Below, one piece after another: positions 45,015 through 53,560 of a stretch of DNA of 64,000 nucleotides. Within the stretch, counting starts at the first letter, position 1, and every line of letters starts with the position of its first letter. The DNA lies in IMG/VR virus record IMGVR_UViG_3300024268_000010, one strand, 5' to 3'. A program made the translations under genes and the position numbers. Under the pieces are notes generated by a model. It did no database searches. It was not told the origin of the DNA and saw only the letters and a program-made list of their open reading frames with translations. Origin of the DNA: a virus (Duplodnaviria > Heunggongvirae > Uroviricota > Caudoviricetes).

Positions 45015-45923
45015 TTAATAATCATTCTGTATCGTTTCCAATATTCTTTCTAATATTTGATCAACATTATCAAGTTCCCAATATGGAATTTCATATAGAG
45101 GGATATTTAACCTCTTACAACCCTCTCTGCGTTCTTCATCGCGTCTTACGGTTTGTTTGAAATTTTCTTCATTGTCCCATCCATATCCACTATAACTATA
45201 GTGTTGTGGTCCTTGATATTCTATAAGGCACAATAGATTATCACAGTTATCAAAAATTGCAAAATCAAAAAATGGTCTTCTTCCGCTAGATAAAAATATA
45301 TCGTTATGAGAATACTGTGGTATAAAATTAATTTTATGGCTTGTTAACCATTGATTAATTTTCATTTCGCCTTTTGATTTAATGCAACCACAAGAAGTTG
45401 TATTTCCGTTTTTTAAATTGGTTGAATCAACTATTGTTCCTCCGCCACAATCACACTTGCACCGATAACATACGTGGTCAAATCTATTATTTGCAACTCG
45501 TTCTACTACTACCAATTTGCCAAACCGTTGTCCTACTAGCGACTTAAAAGTTGCTTCACTAACTCTTTGTTTTTGATAACATCCACAAGACTGAGTGTTA
45601 TTGTTTGTTAAATTCGATGTTTTAACAACAACTTCGTTACCACAATCACATATACATTTTTGATAAATTGGTGGAATCGATTCAATTACAGTTAATTTGC
45701 CAAACTTTTGACCAGTCAAATCAAGTTTATAAAAATGTTGATCTTTAATGTGTCCACAGCTAGTTGTGTGCCCACTAGTTAGGTAATCGGTTCTGACTTC
45801 TGTCATTCTTCCACAAGAACATTGGCAAACCCATCTAGTATATTTGTCATTTCTTTTTTCTGCTGGTATCAATGCGATAAGTTCGCCAAATTGTATCCCT
45901 GTCAAATTTAATTTTTTAGCCAT
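45015..45923 (-). CDS. Cys-rich triple-repeat zinc-ribbon protein with a C-terminal endonuclease-like (PD-(D/E)xK / Vsr-DUF559-like) domain
   Basis: Three repeats of GxxFGxLxV...CxCxCG...TxSCGC; C-terminal FDFAIF...LCLIEYQGPQHY. Confidence 0.4.
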   Translation of the reverse strand: MAKKLNLTGIQFGELIALIPAEKRNDKYTRWVCQCSCGRMTEVRTDYLTSGHTTSCGHIKDQHFYKLDLTGQKFGKLTVIESIPPIYQKCICDCGNEVVVKTSNLTNNNTQSCGCYQKQRVSEATFKSLVGQRFGKLVVVERVANNRFDHVCYRCKCDCGGGTIVDSTNLKNGNTTSCGCIKSKGEMKINQWLTSHKINFIPQYSHNDIFLSSGRRPFFDFAIFDNCDNLLCLIEYQGPQHYSYSGYGWDNEENFKQTVRRDEERREGCKRLNIPLYEIPYWELDNVDQILERILETIQNDY

Positions 45924-45932
45924 AATATTTTA

Positions 45933-47438
45933 TTACATTTCAGAAAGAATGTCATCGCTTACATTATCGACTCCGCCTTCTTCAACTTGTGCCACTGCAA
46001 TTCCGGACAACGCCTTAAAGAACCAGTTCTTGTGCTTATATGCACAGAACTTAGGACGGTTGATAATACGCACTACAACTCCCTCACGAATGTGCGTCTT
46101 ACCGACAGGATCGGGACCATCGTAGAACTGTTCAGCAATATCTTTTACTGCTTCGCCAATATGAGCTTCCTCATATTTAGCAACAAAGCGCTCTTCTCCT
46201 TCTGGAGTGGTATAGTACAATATAGAGCCATTGTTGTTCAAAATTGCTTTTGCAAAAACAGGGACAGTCTTTACACCAATCTGCTCACAACGGTAACGCA
46301 TAAAGTCGGGGCTATACTCAACAGTGAAGCCGTCTTCGTTGGTCATGGTCATACGATATACATAGATGTCTGACTGAGGCGTTTTTTCATTATAAACATT
46401 AACACCTTCAATCATATCCTCTGTCTCAACCAACCGAAGACCATCAGGTTCGCATCCATAAGAGAACACTGTGGTCTGTCCATACTGTTTAACAAAATCT
46501 TTATCGTTGAGTTTCTTATTGTCTCCACTTGCCATAATAGGGGCACCAGTATGAGTGTATCCCACTACTTCGTAGAAAATTTCCTCACCCTTATTCAACT
46601 TGCCCTCAAAGAACTTTGAATGTGCTTCACGGAATTCATTACTTCCATAATATCCACCCTCAAAATTCTCAAGTACGGTACGACGAGTACCAGATACGTA
46701 GCCCCAATCATAAATTGGCTCGCCGTGCTTAAGGCTATGATATAGCGCATTACGTCCATCCGAACCCCAATTCTTTTTTGCCTTGACTGCCATTATAAGC
46801 TTGTTGATGAATCTACGATAAGAAGAATCTTTATAACCAACAAGAACAGGAAGATAGCCAGTTCTCTGTGAAGTGCCATGCATCTTGAGTGTAATCTCAA
46901 TCTCATCACCGGGCTTAAATGCGCCAAGATTGTACGCAAGCTGTTCAGTATCTGCGTGTTCTGAAAACAAAGGTGCTACGGGCACTTTCTTCTTTCGAGT
47001 CTTGTTACCAGAAGAATAATGTCCTCTTCTATTCTGAGCGCGAGGTACATATTTGCAACAAATCTCGTGTCCGTTAAAACTATTAATTGCTCCCTCACGA
47101 AGAGTGGTAATATCACCAAAAGATTCAAGTGCCTTCAGAGGAAGGAAGAGGCCATCCGATTTCTCACCCCGAAGCTTAATAGCAGTTACATTTCTCTTGT
47201 CGGGATCCATATAACCACCGATATTATTACCGTTCTCATCCTTCTTGCGAAGCAGGTTGTTTGCCTCTGCGAATTCTACGGAAAGCTGACCGTCCGAAGG
47301 GAAATAAATTCCTAACTGATTATCCTGATACTCCATCGATACGATTACGGCATTGCCAAAGCATTCACCAATCTGTAGTCGATCTGCATTTGGATGTTTG
47401 TGTAGGTTTTTGATTCTTGTAATGTAAGCGTTGTACAT
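45933..47438 (-). CDS. RNA ligase (Rnl2-like nucleotidyltransferase motif I KMHGT) with an N-terminal tRNA-binding (Myf/CsaA-like) domain
   Basis: N-terminal NLHKHPNADRLQIGE, a tRNA-binding-domain signature; TLKMHGTSQRTGY resembles the KxHGT(N) motif I of the T4 Rnl2 family. Confidence 0.5.
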   Translation of the reverse strand: MYNAYITRIKNLHKHPNADRLQIGECFGNAVIVSMEYQDNQLGIYFPSDGQLSVEFAEANNLLRKKDENGNNIGGYMDPDKRNVTAIKLRGEKSDGLFLPLKALESFGDITTLREGAINSFNGHEICCKYVPRAQNRRGHYSSGNKTRKKKVPVAPLFSEHADTEQLAYNLGAFKPGDEIEITLKMHGTSQRTGYLPVLVGYKDSSYRRFINKLIMAVKAKKNWGSDGRNALYHSLKHGEPIYDWGYVSGTRRTVLENFEGGYYGSNEFREAHSKFFEGKLNKGEEIFYEVVGYTHTGAPIMASGDNKKLNDKDFVKQYGQTTVFSYGCEPDGLRLVETEDMIEGVNVYNEKTPQSDIYVYRMTMTNEDGFTVEYSPDFMRYRCEQIGVKTVPVFAKAILNNNGSILYYTTPEGEERFVAKYEEAHIGEAVKDIAEQFYDGPDPVGKTHIREGVVVRIINRPKFCAYKHKNWFFKALSGIAVAQVEEGGVDNVSDDILSEM

Positions 47439-47462
47439 TTGTTGTTTCTCCTTTATATATTA

Positions 47463-48074
47463 TTAATTAATAAGACTTTTATAAGTGTCAAGCATTTCTT
47501 TTAACTCAGGACTCTTTGTTGCCATCATTTCAAACAAAGTGAGTTCTTGTATTTCCTTAACTTTTTTGTCCATCTCTGCTTTCAATTTTGCAGCCTGTTC
47601 TCTTTTTGCTACACGCTTATTATAGGTTGTCATATCAATATTACAAACGATTTCACGACCTTCGTGGCAAGAATCAAGCATATATTGTTCAGCTTCATTT
47701 CTTGCAATAATATCGTCAAGAATTGCAAGTGCCATATCATGATGTGCCGGTTTAACCACAACCATGTCTCCAATAGCACACATTGTATCATCATACAAAG
47801 CGTAATAGTATGTTTTGTTTGTATTACTGCCGTTCAGAAAGCGAATTTTTGCTACATCATATTTGCCAATCATCATTTGTTTCTCCTCTTTTTGTTCTGT
47901 ATTATTCTTAACATGTTTTAAATTCATATTATTATAAGTCAACACATGATCATATTCTTTAAATTTCACCCGTGTTGAACGACATGTTGAGTCTGTTACA
48001 TAGCCCATTTTTTGATAAGTTTTAAGCATAGAATTGGCCACTGTGACCCAATCGCCTTTATTAAATTGTCTCAT
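47463..48074 (-). CDS. hypothetical protein
   Basis: 203 aa ORF. Confidence 0.45.
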   Translation of the reverse strand: MRQFNKGDWVTVANSMLKTYQKMGYVTDSTCRSTRVKFKEYDHVLTYNNMNLKHVKNNTEQKEEKQMMIGKYDVAKIRFLNGSNTNKTYYYALYDDTMCAIGDMVVVKPAHHDMALAILDDIIARNEAEQYMLDSCHEGREIVCNIDMTTYNKRVAKREQAAKLKAEMDKKVKEIQELTLFEMMATKSPELKEMLDTYKSLIN

Positions 48075-48238
48075 TGTGACCTCCTTCTTTTATCCACCGA
48101 TTATAAGCTTCAACAAAAATCTCTTTTGAAATAAGCAGTTTATACAATGGGGCTTCACTTTCATATTGATATCGATAAACTGGAACATAAATCCCATCAT
48201 CTGCAACATAAGGCTGATGTTGAATTAACTGTTTTTCC
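48065..48238 (-). CDS. small hypothetical protein (57 aa)
   Basis: RBS gaggagaa; stop overlaps the downstream start (ATGA). Confidence 0.3.
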
Positions 48239-48243
48239 ATCTG

Positions 48244-48489
48244 CTACTTCTCCTCTTCGAGTGTTACATGATAACAACAATTTTGGCAAAACCGTTGTCC
48301 ACCATCTGTTGTAAAATAATCGTCTACGATCCATTTACCACAGTCATCACATCTGTGTGTTGCAACAAAAGAACCACCACACTCTGGACATCCATCAAAT
48401 TCTTCATATGGTGGTGTATCAAGACCATGTGTTTCTACATAATGTGCTGGATGTTCAAATAAATGCTGACATTCAAGACATACAAACAT
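48244..48489 (-). CDS. zinc-ribbon protein
   Basis: CLEC...CPECGG...CDDCG...CQNCC; start taken at MFVC with the RBS ggagga. Confidence 0.4.
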   Translation of the reverse strand: MFVCLECQHLFEHPAHYVETHGLDTPPYEEFDGCPECGGSFVATHRCDDCGKWIVDDYFTTDGGQRFCQNCCYHVTLEEEK

Positions 48490-48524
48490 ATAAGTTTTTC
48501 CTCCAATCATTCTGCTGTGTTTAT

Positions 48525-48552
48525 ATTATAGCATATATTTTTAAAATGTCAA
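48525..48552 (-). promoter_or_regulatory. canonical TTGACA-16-TATAAT promoter followed by the ACACAGCAGAATGATTGGAGG leader
   Basis: On the - strand: TTGACAttttaaaaatatatgcTATAATataaACACAGCAGAATGATTGGAGG; an AAATGTAAAT box lies upstream. Confidence 0.55.
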
Positions 48553-48582
48553 TAATTACATTGATTTATTTACATTTTGTTA

Positions 48583-48608
48583 ATAAAAAAGGAGAGATTA
48601 CTCTCTCC
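48583..48608 (-). terminator. terminator after the endolysin gene
   Basis: On the - strand: ggagagagtaatctctcc followed by ttttttatta. Confidence 0.5.
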
Positions 48609-48615
48609 ATTACAA

Positions 48616-49359
48616 TTATTTAATACCTAATAGTGTTTTCCATGTATTAAGTCCACAGCATCCATCGACCACAAGCCCATTTCTCTGTTGAAAATTTTTT
48701 ATTGCGGTTTCTGTTTCCTTGCCGGCAAGACCGTCTGGCTTTATTCCAAGCAATCTTTGTACAAGCATTGTTGAGTTTTTATATTTGTAAAATAATCTTC
48801 TTTTAACAATACACTTCGTCGCAACGCTTTCGGTTTCATTTCCCCATTTGCCATCTAAGCCATATGAGTTAAATTTAAAACCATCTGCTGATGCTGCTCT
48901 TTGAAAAGATAATACAAGATTTTCATCTTCGTTGGTTGTAAACTTTTCTAGTGGAAATAGACTCCCTGGGCAATTAGTTGTCATTAAATCTTTATGACCT
49001 TTGACATTCTTTATATTGTATTTCTTTTTCAAGTGCTCCACAAGCTCTAATCCAGATTCGACTTGTACTTGTGTTGGCATTTCTTTTTCGAAATCTCCTT
49101 CAAAACATATTCCAATGCTTGTTGAATTATACCCTTTTGCATGAGATCCAATAACATCATCTTGTCTACCTCTAAATATTCTGCCCTCTTTGTTTATGAA
49201 GTAATGGTATCCACAACCACTCCATTGATTAGACAAATGCCAATTATGAATATTGTATATACTACAATGACTTGATGCTGCATGGTGTAATACTATCATA
49301 TCAATCTTGCTTCTTTTAGCTAATGCACCTGCCCAATTTAGGTTTGTTTCAATAATGTT
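48616..49359 (-). CDS. N-acetylmuramoyl-L-alanine amidase (Amidase_2/PGRP) with a C-terminal PG_binding_1 domain (endolysin)
   Basis: Amidase_2 Zn ligands (LHHAAS...H...C) and a C-terminal LVQRLLGIKPDGLAGKETETAIKNFQQRNGLVVDG; start taken at ATGAAC. Confidence 0.8.
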   Translation of the reverse strand, partial: NIIETNLNWAGALAKRSKIDMIVLHHAASSHCSIYNIHNWHLSNQWSGCGYHYFINKEGRIFRGRQDDVIGSHAKGYNSTSIGICFEGDFEKEMPTQVQVESGLELVEHLKKKYNIKNVKGHKDLMTTNCPGSLFPLEKFTTNEDENLVLSFQRAASADGFKFNSYGLDGKWGNETESVATKCIVKRRLFYKYKNSTMLVQRLLGIKPDGLAGKETETAIKNFQQRNGLVVDGCCGLNTWKTLLGIK

Positions 49360-49460
49360 CATAAGATAAACCACATCCTTGCTATAATCATTTTGTTGTG
49401 TTAAATCGTCGGCTATTTAACGCAACTTAATTATATCATAAGATGTGGTTTAGTTCAATC

Positions 49461-49577
49461 ATTTTGCATTGTGAAGTGCTCTGAGTTTGCGCTCCAATTT
49501 CGCAATAATACGGTCGTTATTGCTCGGTCTGGTTTTTAAAAGTGCAATACGTGCTTTAATTGCTGTTTCGTTCATTG
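49461..49577 (-). CDS. tiny ORF (38 aa), speculative
   Basis: MNETAIKARIALLKTRPSNNDRIIAKLERKLRALHNAK; ends inside the conserved AAATGATTG motif. Confidence 0.2.
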
Positions 49578-49605
49578 GTTGTGTTCTCCTTATTTGTTTT
49601 TAGTA

Positions 49606-49680
49606 TGGCTGGGATGGAAGGGATCGAACCTTCGAATACAGGAGTCAAAGTCCTGTGCCTTACCACTTGGCGACATCCCA
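49606..49680 (-). tRNA. tRNA-Gln (anticodon TTG)
   Basis: Hand-folded cloverleaf: acceptor TGGGATG/CATCCCA, anticodon loop CUUUGAC, T-loop TTCGATC, CCA encoded. Confidence 0.7.
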
Positions 49681-49769
49681 ATATATTGCGCTTTTAACTT
49701 CGATAGGAGCGCTAACCTATCAAGCAATCACCTTCATCCACTTTGGAGTCATACCAAGGTTGCTCGTAT

Positions 49770-50845
49770 GATATGATTTTTGTTGACAAAAGCACACGAG
49801 TGTGTACGATTATCTGTGTAGCATGGCGCCACATTGAGGTGTCGATCCCCATACCTTTCACAGTACCTTTCGTTTTCAAGACGAAGTGCGAAGCCGTCCG
49901 CATTAATGTGGCATTTGGCGGAAAGCGTAGTATTCGAAACTAATACACTAAACATGTACGCATCCCTTAGCAGGGGAGCCGCAATCCTCTTGCGTTCACT
50001 TTCCATATTAAGAGCCGAGTATTCTATTATCCATGGAAGCCCCTCGGCTGGGCTACTCTGTTATCCTGAGTAAGGTGTGTCCTTATCGGACTAAATGCAT
50101 CAACCGCCGAAACGATTGAAGGAACCTTTTCTACTGCTAGTAGATAGGCACAATTTGGTTAACCAAAAGACAGTAACGATATGGACAAAGCCGGCTTCGA
50201 ACCAACCTCACCAACAGCATCGTCCCTCACAATGCTTAGTGCCCAGTATCTACATCTTTTGGTATACGATTTCTATCTAAGCATCGCAACGACACGTTCT
50301 CGTCTTCCGCCGCTGGCAGTTCATTAGCTTCCCACTTATCCCTCAATTCAATCCGTCCCCAGCACGCATGCTGTCGAGGGGGCCAACTACTTTTCGATAG
50401 TATTGTTGTTTATAGGCTGTTCATCTCACATCCATTTACCACAGCTGCTAGACCTCACCTTTATAATAGTATCGACCTATTTCCTGGATGTTTACTCGGG
50501 TTAACAGCCCGTCCCAGGCTTCGTGGCACCTATAATTAACTTTCTTGTTCTGGCGCCCTCAAGAGAAAGGGTTCGTTAATGTGCCATAACGATAGGCTCC
50601 CTCACAAAAACTATCTGGAGAATAACACCAAACAATCGCGGCTTGTAGCTGCCCGTTATGCCCAGCTTCTATATTCCCACTATGCCCTTCGCTACAAATT
50701 AAAGCGAGTTTTTTATAAACAAGTACTCACCCTCCCGATTCTCCAAGTGAGACATCTGCACGATTGACCCATAATATTCAACCCTTTTCGGTGTAACAAA
50801 CAGATGTGACTATTTTATTGATCGTTCTTTTATCACAATACTTGT
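49770..50845. other. about 1.1 kb of GC-rich, ORF-poor sequence between tRNA-Gln and tRNA-Trp; probably a structured ncRNA of unknown identity
   Basis: Markedly higher GC than its surroundings, many local hairpins, and no plausible ORF with an RBS. Confidence 0.3.
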
Positions 50846-50849
50846 TCTT

Positions 50850-50924
50850 TGGCAGGAGTGGATTGAAATCGAACAATCGTCAACAGTTTTGGAGACTGTT
50901 GTGCTACCATTGCACCACACTCCT
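50850..50924 (-). tRNA. tRNA-Trp (anticodon CCA)
   Basis: Acceptor AGGAGTG/CACTCCT, anticodon loop CUCCAAA, CCA encoded. Confidence 0.6.
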
Positions 50925-50935
50925 ATATAACTAGC

Positions 50936-51018
50936 CACCTTTATAAGACGGGATTCGAACCCGCGTCTTCAGCTTTTCACGGCTGACGCTCTAACCTCTA
51001 AGCTACACTGGCAATGAT
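50936..51018 (-). pseudogene. tRNA-like element (D-, anticodon- and T-arms; GUGAAAA Phe-like loop) with no pairable acceptor stem
   Basis: GCGGGTTCGAATCCCGT T-arm and CAGCC-GTGAAAA-GCTG arm; the 3' flank TTATAAAGG has no 5' partner. Confidence 0.25.
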
Positions 51019-51053
51019 GAAGCCAATAGAATTAAAGTTGCTGTAGGTGACTA

Positions 51054-51129
51054 TGGAGCGAGATACCAGATTCGAACTGGCGCTTACTGCTTGGAAGGCA
51101 GTCGTGCTAGCCGCTAACACTAATCCCGC
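51054..51129 (-). tRNA. tRNA-Gly (anticodon TCC)
   Basis: Acceptor GCGGGAT/ATCTCGC, anticodon loop CUUCCAA, CCA encoded. Confidence 0.7.
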
Positions 51130-51187
51130 ATATGTTGCCTTTTTACAGAAGGCTAACTGTTTCTGGAGGTATAGAATGAAAAGTGGT

Positions 51188-51259
51188 TGGCCCTTAGGGA
51201 CTTGAACCCTAGACCGCCTCGTTATGAGCGAGATGCTCTAACCAACTGAGCTAAAGGCC
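51188..51259 (-). tRNA. tRNA-Met/fMet/Ile2 (anticodon CAT)
   Basis: Acceptor GGCCTTT/AAGGGCC, D-arm GCTCAGTTGGTTAGAGC, anticodon loop CUCAUAA. Confidence 0.65.
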
Positions 51260-51296
51260 AATATAGCATGGCTTTCGCCATACTTAGTTGTGGCAT

Positions 51297-51386
51297 TGGT
51301 GCCGGAGAACGGGCTCGAACCGTCACGGAGTGTTTAGTTCCACGGGATTTTAAGTCCCGGGTGTCTGCCAATTCCACCACTCCGGC
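51297..51386 (-). tRNA. tRNA-Leu (anticodon TAA), class II
   Basis: Acceptor GCCGGAG/CTCCGGC, anticodon loop CUUAAAA, long variable arm, CCA encoded. Confidence 0.7.
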
Positions 51387-51390
51387 ATGT

Positions 51391-51465
51391 TGGTCGGGAT
51401 GACAGGGATCGAACCTGCGTAAACCAGTCCCCAAAGCTGGTGGGCAACCACTGCCCCACATCCCG
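51391..51465 (-). tRNA. tRNA-Pro (anticodon TGG)
   Basis: Acceptor CGGGATG/CATCCCG, D-stem GGGC/GCCC, anticodon loop UUUGGGG, CCA encoded. Confidence 0.65.
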
Positions 51466-51469
51466 ATAT

Positions 51470-51551
51470 TGGTGCTCGTAACAGGACTTGAACCTGCACG
51501 AATTAACATATGATCCTAAGTCATACGCGTCTTCCATTCCGCCATACGAGC
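51470..51551 (-). tRNA. tRNA-Leu (anticodon TAG), class II
   Basis: Acceptor GCTCGTA/TACGAGC, anticodon stem TATGA/TCATA, loop CUUAGGA, long variable arm, CCA encoded. Confidence 0.65.
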
Positions 51552-51626
51552 ATATTACAGTCCTCAATTAGCTACTTCAAGAACTGCAACACTTTGTACA
51601 AAACTCGTGAGTGTATACCTCACTTG

Positions 51627-51715
51627 TTGCCAGCGACAGGATTTGAACCTGCTCTAAGCCATAACTGGCATATTCGTTGATTGAGCCATAGGATTTTCAC
51701 CTATGGGAGCAAGCG
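51627..51715 (-). pseudogene. tRNA-like element (T-arm GCAGGTTCAAATCCTGT plus a 7-bp hairpin with a UGAAAAU loop); 5' acceptor unresolved
   Basis: Canonical T-arm and CGCTGGC-A 3' end, but no matching 5' acceptor strand could be found by hand. Confidence 0.2.
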
Positions 51716-51818
51716 TTATTAGGCGGCTAGCATACCTAATAACAGGCTTTACTAATTCTATCCCCACTTACCATTTTCTTGCTTTTTCACATCTTGTATT
51801 TTTAAGAGATTTTCTTTT

Positions 51819-51895
51819 TGGTCGCCCTCAGGAGATTCGAACTCCATCGCTGCACACCTGTGCCGCCGCTCTTACCCTTAAGCTATCGTTAGACT
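51819..51895 (-). pseudogene. tRNA-like element (GGAGTTCGAATCTCC T-arm, CCA end) with degenerate anticodon and acceptor pairing
   Basis: Its D-arm GCTT-AAGGGTAA-GAGC is paralogous to the element at 50936-51018. Confidence 0.25.
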
Positions 51896-52000
51896 AATCT
51901 CTGCAACCCTATCCTAGAGTTGTACGGACTCCTATGGATAGGTCGTACTTGTTGCATACTTAATGTGGCTTTATACTCACTACTCAATCATTTTGTTTTG

Positions 52001-53560
52001 TTAAACAATGTCCTTAACTGCGTCCTCGATAGCTTGATATCTTTCGACATTAAGCACATCGAGCAAACATTCGTAAGGATCAAGTTTGTTAGACATCACC
52101 ATTTTGACAATGTTAACACTAAATCCACTAACAAGGGCAACGCCGAGGCCATTTTCTTTGACAGGAATGGTACCGGTGCGAGAATTTACATTCCAGAACA
52201 CAAGTCTAGGGAGCTTGTATCCATGTGCTTCGTACTTCTTAGCAATCGTCTCAAAGAGTGTTGCCGTAGGAGCTTCACGATATGAATACCAGCCACTAGA
52301 GCGAGTGGAATTTGTGGTGGCACAAGAGTCAAATTCCATATCAGACACGATAAGAATATTAGTAGGAATATCCTCCTGGGCCATATGGTTATTCACTGCC
52401 GTCTGAAGAATCAAATCAAATACTGCCTCAATATTAGTGTTTGCACACTCATTGTGTCTCAGAGCAATACCCAACTTATCATGAAGAGTCTTGGCGTTGC
52501 TAAAGTCAACAAACTGTGGTCTTTCACTAAAGGTGATATACTTATCCTTAAACTCACCAGAAGCTCTTTCAGCAAAATAAATAGCAAGAGCATTGGCAAC
52601 ATCAAGAGCAGTAACACTAGTCTGACCACCAACATTGACAGTCATGCTGCCGGAACCGTCTGCGACAACAAGTGTATTGCCATTGCCATTCACTGTGTCG
52701 GGCAGAGCTTTCCACATACCCTCAAGTGCGGCGTCATGTAATCTAACGGACTGACTCCACATACCACCAGACATGTACTTATGCACAATATCATGAGGAA
52801 ACAAAACAGAAGCATTAATCTTAGCCTCGCCTTTTTCAAGCGCACCAAGATATGCTCTACGACGCTCCTCATCGTTGCAAAGGAATGCATTGTTGTAAAT
52901 AAGATTTGCACGAGAAGGAACGGCCTCATAATTGATTCTACCCCATTCTCTTGCAGACATCTTACATTCAACCACGTCAATATACTTACGGAGTTTAGAG
53001 AGCATCTTACGATAGTTCTTTGATGTCATGCCAAGCCCATTGCGAATGATAGTTGCATATCTCTTTGTTTCCTTGGAAGACGCATTCTCTGAAGGAAGCC
53101 ACTTTCCAATAAGAGAGATAGATTTATTGTTCTCCATGTTAATTCTGTCTTCACCAAGCTGTTCTGCGACACCAGCAATGATGTTCTGCTTCAAATCTGT
53201 ATCAAGAAGACACCACATATCGTCGTATCTACCATATTCAGATGTAAACTTCAGCACTGCCTTGATTACCTCAGGCTTATTCTGAGCAAGGTGCTTAAGC
53301 ACGATTCTAAACAGTCTTCTTTCGCCAAGACCCTCACGGCAGTCTCTAGTGTAAAAGAGCCACTTGATTGCCACAATAGGATCTTCCCAATAAGCGTCCA
53401 TAAACTTATCGATAATCGTCTGTTCCAAAGCGCCTCTGAGAGAAGCAACGGAGAAGTTAAGATCAAGCAGTTTCTTGCCTGTGCTTTTAAATCCAACAGC
53501 ACCATTTTCGGTCAACTGCTTTTCGTTGTTAAGTTCATTTTTCATTGCATTCATAAACAT
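52001..53560 (-). CDS. vWA-domain protein (about 519 aa; DUF2828/TROVE-like architecture)
   Basis: MIDAS LVVADGSGSMT; start taken at MFMNAMK with the RBS ggagga. Confidence 0.5.
   Translation of the reverse strand: MFMNAMKNELNNEKQLTENGAVGFKSTGKKLLDLNFSVASLRGALEQTIIDKFMDAYWEDPIVAIKWLFYTRDCREGLGERRLFRIVLKHLAQNKPEVIKAVLKFTSEYGRYDDMWCLLDTDLKQNIIAGVAEQLGEDRINMENNKSISLIGKWLPSENASSKETKRYATIIRNGLGMTSKNYRKMLSKLRKYIDVVECKMSAREWGRINYEAVPSRANLIYNNAFLCNDEERRRAYLGALEKGEAKINASVLFPHDIVHKYMSGGMWSQSVRLHDAALEGMWKALPDTVNGNGNTLVVADGSGSMTVNVGGQTSVTALDVANALAIYFAERASGEFKDKYITFSERPQFVDFSNAKTLHDKLGIALRHNECANTNIEAVFDLILQTAVNNHMAQEDIPTNILIVSDMEFDSCATTNSTRSSGWYSYREAPTATLFETIAKKYEAHGYKLPRLVFWNVNSRTGTIPVKENGLGVALVSGFSVNIVKMVMSNKLDPYECLLDVLNVERYQAIEDAVKDIV

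Noticed and set aside
49800-50100. Partial resemblance to 23S rRNA domain V strings (GGATAACAG ... CACCTCGATGTCGGC)
   Set aside because: The two matching stretches are about 200 nt apart instead of about 50, and no other rRNA landmarks are present; not an rRNA gene.
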